64,000 nt of DNA from Pyrinomonadaceae bacterium (GCA_036004125.1 DASYRR010000170.1:15611-79610), one strand, 5' to 3'; shown: positions 1 to 8,419, counted from the stretch's first letter. Notes: generated by a model from the sequence alone, not told the origin. Numbers and translations: made by a program.

Positions 1-995
1 GCGGCAAGGTCGAGTGGAGTAAGGAGTTCCACAACGGCCGACCGCCCGGTGGACGCCACCGCAAAAACAGCTTTGCTTCAGAGAGCCCTGTCACCGATGG
101 ACGGCACGTTTATGTGTATATAGCGAATCTTGGGCTATGGGCATTTGACATGAAGGGCAAGCTGGCCTGGACAACTCCGCTCGAAGCGAATCCGATGTAC
201 CTCGACTTCGGAACAGGGAGTTCGCCGGCGCTGGCCGGGAATCTGCTGGTGATCGTCAGCGACAACGAAAAGCAACAGTACATCGCCGCGTTTGACAAAC
301 AAACAGGTAAGCAAGCCTGGCGCACGAATCGGGACCTTGGCGGCAAAGGACAACCAGTGCTGCGGTCGGGATGGGCCACACCATTTGTTTGGCGGCACGC
401 TTTGCGTACAGAGATCGTTACCATTGGACCAGGGGAGTCTGTTAGTTACGACCTGACGGGAAAAGAGCTGTGGCGTTTGTCTGGAATGGCCTTGAACCCT
501 ATTCCAACGCCCTTTGCTTATGACGGATTACTCTATATTAATGGCGGACGAGGACGTCCATTGTTCGCGCTTAAACCAGGCGCTGCGGGAGACATTTCTC
601 TAGGAAAGGATCAGACAGCAAATGAGTATGTTGTCTGGTCGCAAGCGCGAGCTGGAACATATCTGCCGTCGGCCCTCGCTTATGAAGGAGCTGTGTATAC
701 ACTGACTGAGACCGGCATCCTCACTCGCTTTGACGCCAAGACTGGAAAACAAACTTACAAAACCAGGATTGATCCGGCAGCAACGGCTTTTACGACGTCG
801 CCATGGGCGTCTAACGGCAAGCTGTTCTGCCTGAGTGAGGAAGGACAAACGTTCGTGGTCGGAACGGGCGAGGAGTTCCGATTATTCCACGTGAATGACC
901 TTGACGACATGGCCCAGGCATCGCCAGCATTAGTGGGTGACCGCTTGTTGATACGAACAGAGCATCGGCTTTACTCGTTCCGACAGAAAAGCTAG
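1..995 (+). CDS. PQQ-like / BamB-like beta-propeller repeat protein, 5' end outside window
   Basis: The frame of ORF 114..995 stays open back to base 3 (GKVEWSKEFHNG...), so the gene enters from upstream. It has repeated blade-like segments (LYINGG, VYTLTETGILTRFDAKTGK, LFCLSEEGQTFVV). Confidence 0.65.
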   Translation, partial: GKVEWSKEFHNGRPPGGRHRKNSFASESPVTDGRHVYVYIANLGLWAFDMKGKLAWTTPLEANPMYLDFGTGSSPALAGNLLVIVSDNEKQQYIAAFDKQTGKQAWRTNRDLGGKGQPVLRSGWATPFVWRHALRTEIVTIGPGESVSYDLTGKELWRLSGMALNPIPTPFAYDGLLYINGGRGRPLFALKPGAAGDISLGKDQTANEYVVWSQARAGTYLPSALAYEGAVYTLTETGILTRFDAKTGKQTYKTRIDPAATAFTTSPWASNGKLFCLSEEGQTFVVGTGEEFRLFHVNDLDDMAQASPALVGDRLLIRTEHRLYSFRQKS

Positions 996-1216
996 CGCAC
1001 GAAGGTCGACTGAGAATAGTTAAGAGGATTCAGAGTACTCGAGGGTGGGCGCTACAGTGCGCACCTAAACAAGTAAACTTGGAAAGGCATCAGAGAGGTG
1101 TCATGCCTTTCACGAGAAATGCGAAAACTATCAGAATCTAACACGCTTAGCGTACTTAGATGACGTTCTTTCGTCTAATAACTAGTTAGCTGGCGCTGAA
1201 GCTAGGAGGTTAAATC

Positions 1217-1897
1217 ATGAAGACCGTATTTCGCCTCAAGTGGACCGCGGCAAACGCGCTCGGGCTCGGGGTGGCTTTCGTCGCCTACCTGCAGATCGGC
1301 ATGTTGGCCAAGTACGGGCTCGACTTCGAGCGGTACTGGCAGTGGCAGGAGCAGGCGGTCGGGCACAGTATTGTCTACTATGCCGGCATCCTGCTCTCGC
1401 TCTCCATGGCGGGCGCCATCCTCGGTGCGTCCCAGGCCCTGGTCCTTCGCTCCCACCGCCTGCGGGTCATTTCCTGGGTGCTCGCAACCGCCCTGGGATT
1501 CGCCCTCCTCGCGGCCGTTTTCTGGCCACTCATGGCCAATGGAGTGCTGGGTATCATCCCGGGCCCCGTGGAGCCAATCCTCTTCACGGTCGGGGGCTGC
1601 ATTTTGGCCGGGATCTGCCAATATCTGGTGCTGCGCCGACAGGGGATTGCCGCTTCCCGGTGGCTGTTGGTTTGGGTCGTAGGCGTCATCGGGGGCCTCG
1701 CGCTCACTGCCGCCTTCTTCATGTCTATCGAGGGACTCGGGGTTTCCTTGGGGTGGCTCCTTGACGTCTTCTTCAGCGGTTTCTGGGTGGCCGGCGTGGC
1801 GGCGCTCGTCAGTGGAAGCACCCTATTCAGCGCCCTTTTGTCCGCGCGGCCCGAGCCGGCGCTTAGCGACACACCAGTCGCTGAAGGTACGCGATGA
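1217..1897 (+). CDS. polytopic membrane protein, function unknown (cassette-borne?)
   Basis: AGGAGG lies 7 nt upstream of the ATG. The product is 226 aa with about 6 hydrophobic helices. The gene is visibly GC-rich versus its neighbours and is followed by an attC-like site. Confidence 0.6.
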   Translation: MKTVFRLKWTAANALGLGVAFVAYLQIGMLAKYGLDFERYWQWQEQAVGHSIVYYAGILLSLSMAGAILGASQALVLRSHRLRVISWVLATALGFALLAAVFWPLMANGVLGIIPGPVEPILFTVGGCILAGICQYLVLRRQGIAASRWLLVWVVGVIGGLALTAAFFMSIEGLGVSLGWLLDVFFSGFWVAGVAALVSGSTLFSALLSARPEPALSDTPVAEGTR

Positions 1898-1926
1898 TTG
1901 GGACATGAGGAGGTACGATCCGCGCC

Positions 1927-1990
1927 AGCTAACACTTCGCTGCAGCGGACGGTCCGCTGCGCGGCCCGCCGCTGAGCTCAAACGTTGGGC
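1927..1990 (+). repeat. attC-like site (divergent type)
   Basis: AGCTAAC...GTTGGGC cores. The arms AACACTTCGCTGCAGCGG and CCGCTGAGCTCAAACGTT form an imperfect inverted repeat with one extra G in the left arm. Confidence 0.5.
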
Positions 1991-2006
1991 GTTCTGTCGC
2001 AAAATA

Positions 2007-2468
2007 ATGAAGCTAGCCACGTTCATACTGATGTCCTTGCTAATCGGCTCGGCATTCGTCGGTGCTTCTAGCGGGCAGAAGCCTGATCCATTTGCGAACG
2101 TGCCCGCGTCTCAGCGGGATCGACTGAAATCGCGTTTGACCGAATTCGTCGACTATCATCGAACAAAGCAGTGGGAGAGAGTCTATGATTTGCTCGCTGA
2201 ACGGAGCAAACAGGCTGTAGAAGGAGGCTTACCCAAGGATCTTTTCCTTAAAAAGAAACTCTACTCTGAGGCGAAGAAATTCACCCCAACATCTATCCAG
2301 AAAATGGATGATGACTGGTGGATGATTTGGGGTTGTGCGACTTATCAACGCGGCGGCGCCATGGAATCTGCATTGGAAGCCTATTTCCAGGATGGTAATT
2401 GGTTCTTCTCGGATATATGGAGTTCGCCTCCCTGTATTGATTGCACACCTCGCAGTTGTAAGCATTAA
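2007..2468 (+). CDS. secreted hypothetical protein (cassette-borne)
   Basis: Internal ATG of ORF 1761..2468 with signal peptide MKLATFILMSLLIGSAFVGASSG. It starts 17 nt after the preceding GTT core. Confidence 0.6.
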   Translation: MKLATFILMSLLIGSAFVGASSGQKPDPFANVPASQRDRLKSRLTEFVDYHRTKQWERVYDLLAERSKQAVEGGLPKDLFLKKKLYSEAKKFTPTSIQKMDDDWWMIWGCATYQRGGAMESALEAYFQDGNWFFSDIWSSPPCIDCTPRSCKH

Positions 2469-2480
2469 TGTATGGCGAAC

Positions 2481-2566
2481 GCCCAACGTATTAAGAATTA
2501 GTGTGGCGCGCTGTGCGAATGAGAGTACTGAGAGAAGAGGAAGCCGCCACACAATTCTGTGTTGAA
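2481..2566 (+). repeat. attC-like site (type 2)
   Basis: GCCCAAC (RYYYAAC) ... GTTGAAC (GTTRRRY). The arms AGAATT-A-GTGTGGCG and CGCCACACAATTCT pair with one extrahelical A in the left arm. Confidence 0.55.
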
Positions 2567-2694
2567 CTAAGCCGGTTTAGAGACTACTTGGAGTTTGCGT
2601 AGTCAACTTGAGGAGAGGAGAAGTGCGTGAAGCTTGGCGGTCTGGAAGAGAATGAGTGAGGAGGCGAGGGAAGTCGCAGCTGAAGGAGAGGAAG

Positions 2695-2719
2695 CCAGCC
2701 ACAGAGGCTGGTTTTTTTG
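2695..2719 (+). terminator. hairpin plus T7 run (intrinsic-terminator-like, or IS91 end-associated hairpin)
   Basis: CCAGCC-ACAGAG-GGCTGG followed by TTTTTTT, about 130 bp inside the IS end. Confidence 0.35.
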
Positions 2720-2812
2720 CGTTCACAGACAGAGTTCGGCAGTGACGGCGAGAGCAGTTTGCCGCCGAGGCGGGCAGGATCGAGGAAAGAGCCTTAGGCA
2801 GCGGCCAGAGTT

Positions 2813-3890
2813 TCATGGGGCACGACCTCTGGGAGGGAGTGGCGCGAGCAGCGTGAGTGGCCCGCCGCAGTGCGGACAAGTTAGCACCGTCAGCGGCTCG
2901 GAGGTTTTTACAGCAGCTGACTTTAGTTTGCTGGTGGTGAGAGAGAGCAGTTGTCTGGCCTTCTGTAGCAGTTGCCGATGGGCCGGGCTGAGCAGGCCGT
3001 AATAACGGACCTTGATGAACCTATTTGGGGAGCACGTGTTGGAGGAAGCGACGAATGAACTCTTCGGCAGTGATGGTGCAAGGCTGGAGTTGGTCAGTGG
3101 CCGACTCTTTGTAAGTGAAAGTGACCGTGCCCTGCGCCAATGAACGGAGGCGGTGGTTACTGAGAGCGACGCGAAAGATGTAAGGGGCGAGATATTTGAA
3201 GGCTTGCTCGCCGGAGCCCACCGCTTCGGTATGCACCACCCAGTCTTTCTGCCAGACTCGGGCCTCGACCAGGGCAAACAGTCCAGTCTTTTTCAGCTGA
3301 TCACGAAACTTGGCACGGAAGATCCTGGAGAGTGCTTTGACGGGCACGAGAAAGTCTTTCCGGGCAGCACGCCAGCGGCCGTCAGCAGTCAGGCCACCAC
3401 CGGTGACGAGGTAATGAACGTGGGGATGATAGAGCAACTGTCTGGTCCAGGTGTGAAGTACGCCGACCATACCGAGGCGAGCACCGACGAAGCGCGGGTC
3501 CTGGGCCAGTTGCAGTAAGGCCGCGGCAGAGGCACGAAAGAGCAGGTTGTAGATCGTCTTCTGCTGGCTGCGGGCCAGGGCGCGCAACTCGGCGGGCAGG
3601 GTGAAGGTGACGAGGAAGTGAGGAGTGGCCAGCAGCAGCTGCTTTTGCTGCTGGAGCCATTCATGGGCCTGCTCGTTCTGGCACTTGGGGCAGTGGCGGT
3701 TCTTGCAGGAGTGATAGCTGTAACGTTGTTCGTCGCAGTGGGCGCAATAATAGAGTTGGCCGCCGCGGGTGGCGGTGCGACAGGTTTCGATGTCCTGCAT
3801 GGTCCGCAGATGTGAGGGCAGCATCCGGTCGTTGAACTTGGCTCGATACGCAGGCCCATGCAGCCCAAAGATCTCGGCCACTTCCAGCAT
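2813..3890 (-). pseudogene. IS91-family HUH/Y2 rolling-circle transposase, interrupted by a 1-nt frameshift near 3022
   Basis: Zn-binding N-terminus (CAHCDEQRYSYHSCKNRHCPKC), HUH-type HPHVHYLV, and a YLAPY tyrosine pair. The main ORF stops at ...FLQHVLPK*. The expected continuation FIKVRYYGLLS...CPHCGG is in ORF 2813..3277, one frame over. Confidence 0.85.
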
Positions 3891-3897
3891 CAGCGGC

Positions 3898-4764
3898 TCA
3901 GAGATCGCTCATGAGCTGGTTGATGGCCGCGGCACCGAGTTGTTCGGCTTTCGCGGTCAGGTGCGTATAGACGCTGGTGGTGGCCGGCGAAGAATGCCCG
4001 AGCCACTCCTGAATCAGCCGCAGGTTAACGCCAGCTTCCAACAGATGCGTGGCCCAGGAGTGGCGCAGCGTGTGCACCGAAGCGCGTTTGTGGTTGCCGC
4101 TCTCTTTCAACGCCACGTGGAAAGCGTCCTGCACGCTGCTCTTGGACATCGGCTCGGTAGCGCGCGCCAAGTCGATATGGTTACGGCCTGCTGCGGGAAA
4201 CAGCAGTACCGGATTGTGATGCTCTTTCCAATACTGGCGCAGCAACTGCAGGGTTCGTTCCGGCAGCGGGACATAACGGTCTTTGGCGCCCTTGCCGTGG
4301 CGCACGTGAATCATCAGGCGCGCGCTGTCAATGTCGGCGACTTGCAGATGGGTACCTTCCTGGAGCCGCAAGCCGCAGGAGTAGATGGTGCTGAGACAAA
4401 CCTCGTAGCGCGGCAGTCTTACGCGCTCGAGAATCTGGCGCACTTCCGCACGGCTGAGGATGACCGGCAGTTTCTTTTCCGGCGCTGGACGCACCAGGTT
4501 GAAGATGGTCCATTCTTTTTCCAGCGTGCGCTCGAAGAAGAACTTGATGCCACAGATGGCGATGGTCGCAGTGTTGCGTGAGTAATGCTTGACGTTCTTG
4601 AGATAAAGGAAGTACTGACGCAGCTCTTCTTCGCTGATCAAGTCCGGTGACTTGTGATAGTGTTCCGCCAGTTGGCGCACGGCCCGCACGTAATTCTCTT
4701 GCGTGCGTTCGGCCAAGCCTCTAAGCTGGAGACACTCGATCATTCTCTGACGCAGTTCAGTCAT
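3898..4764 (-). CDS. tyrosine site-specific recombinase (IS91-associated type, not IntI)
   Basis: SAM-like N-terminal domain. Catalytic signature is R (GLRLQE), HTLRHSWAT, LLGHSSPATTSVYTH. The stop lies 7 nt before the transposase start. The IntI-specific insertion between box I and HxLRH is absent. Confidence 0.9.
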   Translation of the reverse strand: MTELRQRMIECLQLRGLAERTQENYVRAVRQLAEHYHKSPDLISEEELRQYFLYLKNVKHYSRNTATIAICGIKFFFERTLEKEWTIFNLVRPAPEKKLPVILSRAEVRQILERVRLPRYEVCLSTIYSCGLRLQEGTHLQVADIDSARLMIHVRHGKGAKDRYVPLPERTLQLLRQYWKEHHNPVLLFPAAGRNHIDLARATEPMSKSSVQDAFHVALKESGNHKRASVHTLRHSWATHLLEAGVNLRLIQEWLGHSSPATTSVYTHLTAKAEQLGAAAINQLMSDL

Positions 4765-4880
4765 GGTTACACCTCCCGATAGAAATTGAATCTTTCATCA
4801 GGAAGTGTAGAGCAGGCAGTCTTGCGATTGAGGATGATCGGGTTACTACCAGGGTTGCTCTCGGCTGCGCGCAGCGCTTA

Positions 4881-4966
4881 GTTCAACAAGCGCTTGCAGC
4901 GGACTCGCCGGTGAGTAGCCTTTATTCGTAGTTGCGTGGGCGAGTCGCTCAAGCGCAGCGTTATGC
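4881..4966 (+). repeat. attC-like site, main family
   Basis: GTTCAAC-AAGCGCTTGCAGCGGACTCGCC-loop-GGCGAGTCGCTCAAGCGCAGC-GTTATGC. Confidence 0.7.
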
Positions 4967-5009
4967 TGATCCTTTTTTACACCAAGTTTGTTTAAGGCTG
5001 GTGGCCTAC

Positions 5010-5897
5010 ATGAAAGTTTGTTCGCTAATACTAATATTCTTGGCTTTTGGTTTTGATACTGTCCTTCCACTTGCAGGTGATTCCGAAAAACTGGAGGGGG
5101 TCAGTGATTACACTTGGAGAAAGTGCACTGGCAAAGATGAGGAGTTTTCTGTGCTTATGCCGGGCGAGCCATCGCTGTACCTAGGCGTCATCACAAACAA
5201 GGGCAAGCGTTCATTTGAGCGAATCTACAGTACGTATGCTAACGGCTCAGTTTACCTAGTCGTCTCTTACGATGTGACCTCCATCAAGGGCACGCTGGAG
5301 AACTTTAAGGCACATCATCTTTATGACGGTGATATTACTTATGAGCGTGATATTAGTGTTTCCGGCTTCTCCGGCAAAGAGTACAAACTGAAGTTCAATA
5401 AGATTGGTGGGGTTGTTCAGATTTGGGTGACAAAAAAACATGGCTATGCAGTAGCAGTGATTCAGGCGATCGAGCAGTCAGAGCTAAAAGACTTTTTCCT
5501 TTCATCCTTTTTATTAACACCCAACAGCGATGAGTCAAAAGTCGCCCCTGCTCAGACTCAACCTCCTGCGGTAAATCAAGTTTTTCGCAAGACCGATCAG
5601 GACCAATCGCCTACAACGGTCAAATTAGTGGATCGCAAACAAGTCATTATTTCAAAGCCCGAGCCTTGGTATACGGAGGATGCGAGGCAGGCGGGCATCA
5701 CTGGAACAGTCGTTTTGCGAGTAGTGTTATCTTCGACGGGTGAAGTAACAAACATACGGGTAGATAGAGGACTGCCAAAGGGATTGACAGAAAATGCAAT
5801 CGAAGCGGCTCGACATCTCAGATTCATTCCAGGAGTCAAGGACGATCGCTTTGTCTCCTATTGGGTTCACCTAGAATACAACTTCAGTCTGTATTGA
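5010..5897 (+). CDS. TonB C-terminal domain protein with N-terminal signal/anchor (cassette)
   Basis: The C-terminus KPEPWYTEDARQAGITGTVVLRVVLSSTGEVTNIRVDRGLPKGLTENAIEAARHLRFIPG is a TonB_C fold signature. The internal ATG lies 44 nt after the GTT core. Confidence 0.75.
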   Translation: MKVCSLILIFLAFGFDTVLPLAGDSEKLEGVSDYTWRKCTGKDEEFSVLMPGEPSLYLGVITNKGKRSFERIYSTYANGSVYLVVSYDVTSIKGTLENFKAHHLYDGDITYERDISVSGFSGKEYKLKFNKIGGVVQIWVTKKHGYAVAVIQAIEQSELKDFFLSSFLLTPNSDESKVAPAQTQPPAVNQVFRKTDQDQSPTTVKLVDRKQVIISKPEPWYTEDARQAGITGTVVLRVVLSSTGEVTNIRVDRGLPKGLTENAIEAARHLRFIPGVKDDRFVSYWVHLEYNFSLY

Positions 5898-5909
5898 GGT
5901 TCAGATTCA

Positions 5910-5998
5910 GTTCAACAAGCGCTTGGAGCGGACTCGCCTGTAAGCGGCCTTTATTCGTAGTTGCGTGGGCGAGCCGCTCAAGCGCATCAGCGTTGGCC
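5910..5998 (+). repeat. attC-like site, main family
   Basis: GTTCAAC-AAGCGCTTGGAGCGGACTCGCC...GGCGAGCCGCTCAAGCGCATCAGC-GTTGGCC. Confidence 0.7.
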
Positions 5999-6030
5999 GA
6001 TCACGCGTTGGATTTAACGAAGACTTCCTC

Positions 6031-6504
6031 ATGAAACTTCAAATCGATACTGAAGACGCTGATCTTTTCGATGGTTTTGGAAATGGTTCTCTCCATCTTT
6101 ATCTGGTTCAAGATCCTAGAAACTGGCGTGGTGAAGACCGGTACGACGCTTTCTATTTGTAGTTGGATTTCCATTTTAGAGATTGGGAGGCTCTCTTTAT
6201 TGGGATCTTAAAGGTTCCAGATTGCGACCGCTATGTTGAAGGTGATGACATCAATGAACTTCATGAACGTAATCGGAAGAAGTTCGACAAGTCGATCCCC
6301 GATTGTCCAATGCTCTCACGACTATTTGATATGTATGAAGATTATGAATTCAGCCCGGAGGAGCTCCCGAAGCTCCGAGAAGAATGTGAAATGTTGAAAT
6401 CTAGGGCCACAAATGCTGAAGGGCTTAAGGCTCTGCGCAAGTTAATCCTGGCCGCTGATGAAGGCTCTCAGCGAGGATTCCACTTAATGTTCGTATGTGA
6501 CTAG
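6031..6504 (+). pseudogene. acidic cytosolic hypothetical protein, single in-frame TAG at 6160..6162 (cassette)
   Basis: ORFs 5965..6162 and 6163..6504 share one frame and are separated only by TAG (...RYDAFYL*LDFHFRDWE...). ATG at 6031 lies 33 nt after the GTT core. Confidence 0.55.
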
Positions 6505-6509
6505 GCCGG

Positions 6510-6566
6510 ATCCAACAAGCGCCTGGAGCGGACTCGCCATGAGCGGGCCTCTTTGCTAAGTTGCGT
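6510..6566 (+). repeat. truncated attC-like site (left arm and loop only)
   Basis: ATCCAAC-AAGCGCCTGGAGCGGACTCGCC-ATGAGCGGGCCTCTTTGCTAAGTTGCGT. The family right arm and GTT core are then missing. Confidence 0.55.
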
Positions 6567-6686
6567 TGCAGAAATCGCGGAGGCAGGACAACTAACGATC
6601 AATGCAGGCCATCCTAACCGCAATGCCTGCCGCTCGCCGACTTATTGAGAAAATTGTTTCTTACGACTTAGATGGAGGAAAGTCAG

Positions 6687-7079
6687 ATGCAAAAGACGCA
6701 ATGGTTCGCAGCTGGCCTCATTCTGGCCTGCATTTCTTCTGTCCTTGCCGCGCCAACAGTCGACATCAAGACTTCTGAACGGCAGAACGAGAAAGTCTAC
6801 AAATCCACCGAAGTTTCCCGAAAAGTTACGCTTACTGCTAAACCGGAAGCTGAGTACACAGAAGACGCGAGGGAGAATAAGATTGAGGGCAACGTCATTC
6901 TCCACATGGTTCTTCGGTCTAATGGAGAAGTTAGTGATATCGCGGTGTTGAAGGGATTGCCTCATGGTCTGAACGACAAAGCCATCGAAGCGGCGCGGAA
7001 CATCAAATTTGAGCCGGCAATAAAGGATGGACATCCTGTGTCTCAGTATCTCAGAGTTGAATACGTCTTCACTCTCTAG
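6687..7079 (+). CDS. small periplasmic TonB C-terminal domain protein (cassette)
   Basis: GGAGGA lies upstream of ATG 6687. Signal peptide MQKTQWFAAGLILACISSVLA, then KPEAEYTEDARENKIEGNVILHMVLRSNGEVSDIAVLKGLPHGLNDKAIEAARNIKFEPA. Confidence 0.75.
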   Translation: MQKTQWFAAGLILACISSVLAAPTVDIKTSERQNEKVYKSTEVSRKVTLTAKPEAEYTEDARENKIEGNVILHMVLRSNGEVSDIAVLKGLPHGLNDKAIEAARNIKFEPAIKDGHPVSQYLRVEYVFTL

Positions 7080-7164
7080 AATCAGGAGCGTGATTGGACA
7101 CAGTCAATATCCTGAACTGTCGCTCATTTTGAATCCATAGGTCGATCGCCGGTATCAACGCTGC

Positions 7165-7251
7165 AATCCTATAAGCGCTTGGAGCGGACTCGCCGGTGAG
7201 TAGCCTTTATTCGTAGTAGCGTGGGCGAGCCGCTCAAGCGCACGGTTCGGC
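7165..7251 (+). repeat. attC-like site, main family (degenerate R'')
   Basis: ...CCTATAAGCGCTTGGAGCGGACTCGCC...GGCGAGCCGCTCAAGCGCACG-GTTCGGC. Confidence 0.6.
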
Positions 7252-7309
7252 GTCTTTGCTTCACTATTGTTGAACGACAGTGCGCACAGACCAGATACAC
7301 CAAGCAAGC

Positions 7310-7738
7310 ATGTGGGGGTACGCCGCAGCGTTCTGGGCTTTGATCTTCGGCGTCTTCCACCTGATCTGGGCAGCCGGGTGGTATCCGCTGTTGGATGCCG
7401 AGGGGGCGCGCATTGCATTCGCGACTTCGTGGAAATGGACTTTCGATGTGGTGGTAGCCGCCATGTGTGTCATCGCGGTACCGGTGGCTCTGGCTCCTGT
7501 GATGTCATGGGGCCAGCGTGCGCCGCGGCGTCTCATCTACACGCTTGCATGTATTGGCACGACGCTTCTGTTGCTCCGATTGGCAGCGGCTCTGGTTCAG
7601 ACGTGCTATCTGCTCGCGGCAGGCCGGTTTCGTTTCGCCATCATCGGAATCTGGGATTGGTGGTTTCTCGTCGGTACCATTTTGTTCACGTTGAGCACGT
7701 GGCGTTCCAGGCACTGGCGTAATAATCGCCGCACCTAA
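7310..7738 (+). CDS. small integral membrane protein (DUF3995-like, from memory)
   Basis: MWGYAAAFWALIFGVFHLIWAAGW... with 4 hydrophobic helices. Starts 59 nt after the GTT core. Confidence 0.55.
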   Translation: MWGYAAAFWALIFGVFHLIWAAGWYPLLDAEGARIAFATSWKWTFDVVVAAMCVIAVPVALAPVMSWGQRAPRRLIYTLACIGTTLLLLRLAAALVQTCYLLAAGRFRFAIIGIWDWWFLVGTILFTLSTWRSRHWRNNRRT

Positions 7739-7833
7739 CTAAAAGAATGCTGATAAAGAGTTGAGGCAGTTAGAGGAGAATAGCGAAAAGCAAACGAGAA
7801 TCATTAAAACATTACAAAGGGATAATCGACGAC

Positions 7834-7907
7834 GCCGAACAAGCGCTTGGAGCGGCCTCGCCATGAGCGGGCTTCTTCGTTGAGTTGCGTGGGCGAGCCG
7901 CTCAAGC
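7834..7907 (+). repeat. attC-like site, main family, right end disrupted
   Basis: GCCGAAC-AAGCGCTTGGAGCGGCCTCGCC...GGGCGAGCCGCTCAAGC, then unrelated sequence instead of GC(A)GCGTT. Confidence 0.6.
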
Positions 7908-7959
7908 ACATCTATAAAGCGAGTCAAGTGAAAAAAGAGAATAGTTCTCCCAGGGGTGC

Positions 7960-8332
7960 CGCATGGTTTTGTTTTTCTACCTCACCGCACCCAGTAGTGT
8001 GTTTCAATACAACTACCTGACCTACGCGCTTGGCCGGACAAGCCGACAGCCCACTGCCGCATTACTCCGTCTCTGCTTTCTGACCGCGACGGAGAAACTC
8101 GACATAATCAATCTCTGCTCGGCCCATGATGAAACATCTGATTAGCAGCTCCAACAACAGGTCGGCGTCGCGCTGATCGTTCTTCTGCCGACGTCGCGCC
8201 AACCTCCGGATCTCAGCTGTATCACCCACCAGTAGTTAGTGCCCCAACTGTTCCAGCAGTTCCTCGAACCAGTTTGTCTAACCACAGGGGTTGTTGTCGC
8301 GCGTGAATGTCTACTCCGATATATAATGTCAT
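7960..8332 (-). pseudogene. IS110-family (DEDD) transposase, N-terminal remnant with stops and frameshifts
   Basis: Minus-strand reads give MTLYIGVDIHARQQ..., then in other frames FEELLEQLGH* and LVGDTAEIRRLARRRQKNDQRDADLLLELL. This is the classic IS110 N-domain. The C-terminal two thirds are absent. Confidence 0.7.
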
Positions 8333-8388
8333 CGCGGGTGCCTCCTTTTGCGATTACACACCCGGGAGTTTAACTGCTTCCGGTTCGC

Positions 8389-8419
8389 GGGCGCCCGCTT
8401 TATAGCATCAGCGTTGGGC
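8389..8419 (+). repeat. attC right-arm half-site with R' core
   Basis: GGGCGCCCGCTTTATAGCATCAGC-GTTGGGC compared with family GGGCGAGCCGCTCAAGCGCATCAGC-GTTGGCC. Confidence 0.55.

Larger units (their letters stand above)
2567..4880 (-). mobile_element. IS91-family insertion sequence carrying an upstream tyrosine recombinase
   Basis: Ends are TAAGC...GCTTA. Subterminal hairpins: GACTAC/GTAGTC at 2581-2603 and the palindrome GCTGCGCGCAGC at 4864-4875. Flanked by GTTGAAC (left) and GTTCAAC (right). Contains the two genes below. Confidence 0.75.

Noticed and set aside
1136-1171. ATCTAAC...GTTCTTT with an ACGC-TTA-GCGT hairpin, considered as a possible attI or leftmost attC.
   Set aside because: At about 36 bp it is too short. 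The arms pair poorly and the GTT core context is weak. The left boundary of the array is left undefined.
3898-4764. Minus-strand tyrosine recombinase sitting where an integron integrase would be expected: upstream of the main-family cassettes and divergent from them.
   Set aside because: It lacks the extra IntI-specific segment between the box I Arg region and HxLRH, with only about 45 residues there. It is operonic with an IS91 transposase inside a unit with its own ends. Attachment-site-like repeats also continue to its left (1927-1990, 2481-2566). It is therefore treated as IS cargo, not IntI. A functional link is kept only as a speculative note.
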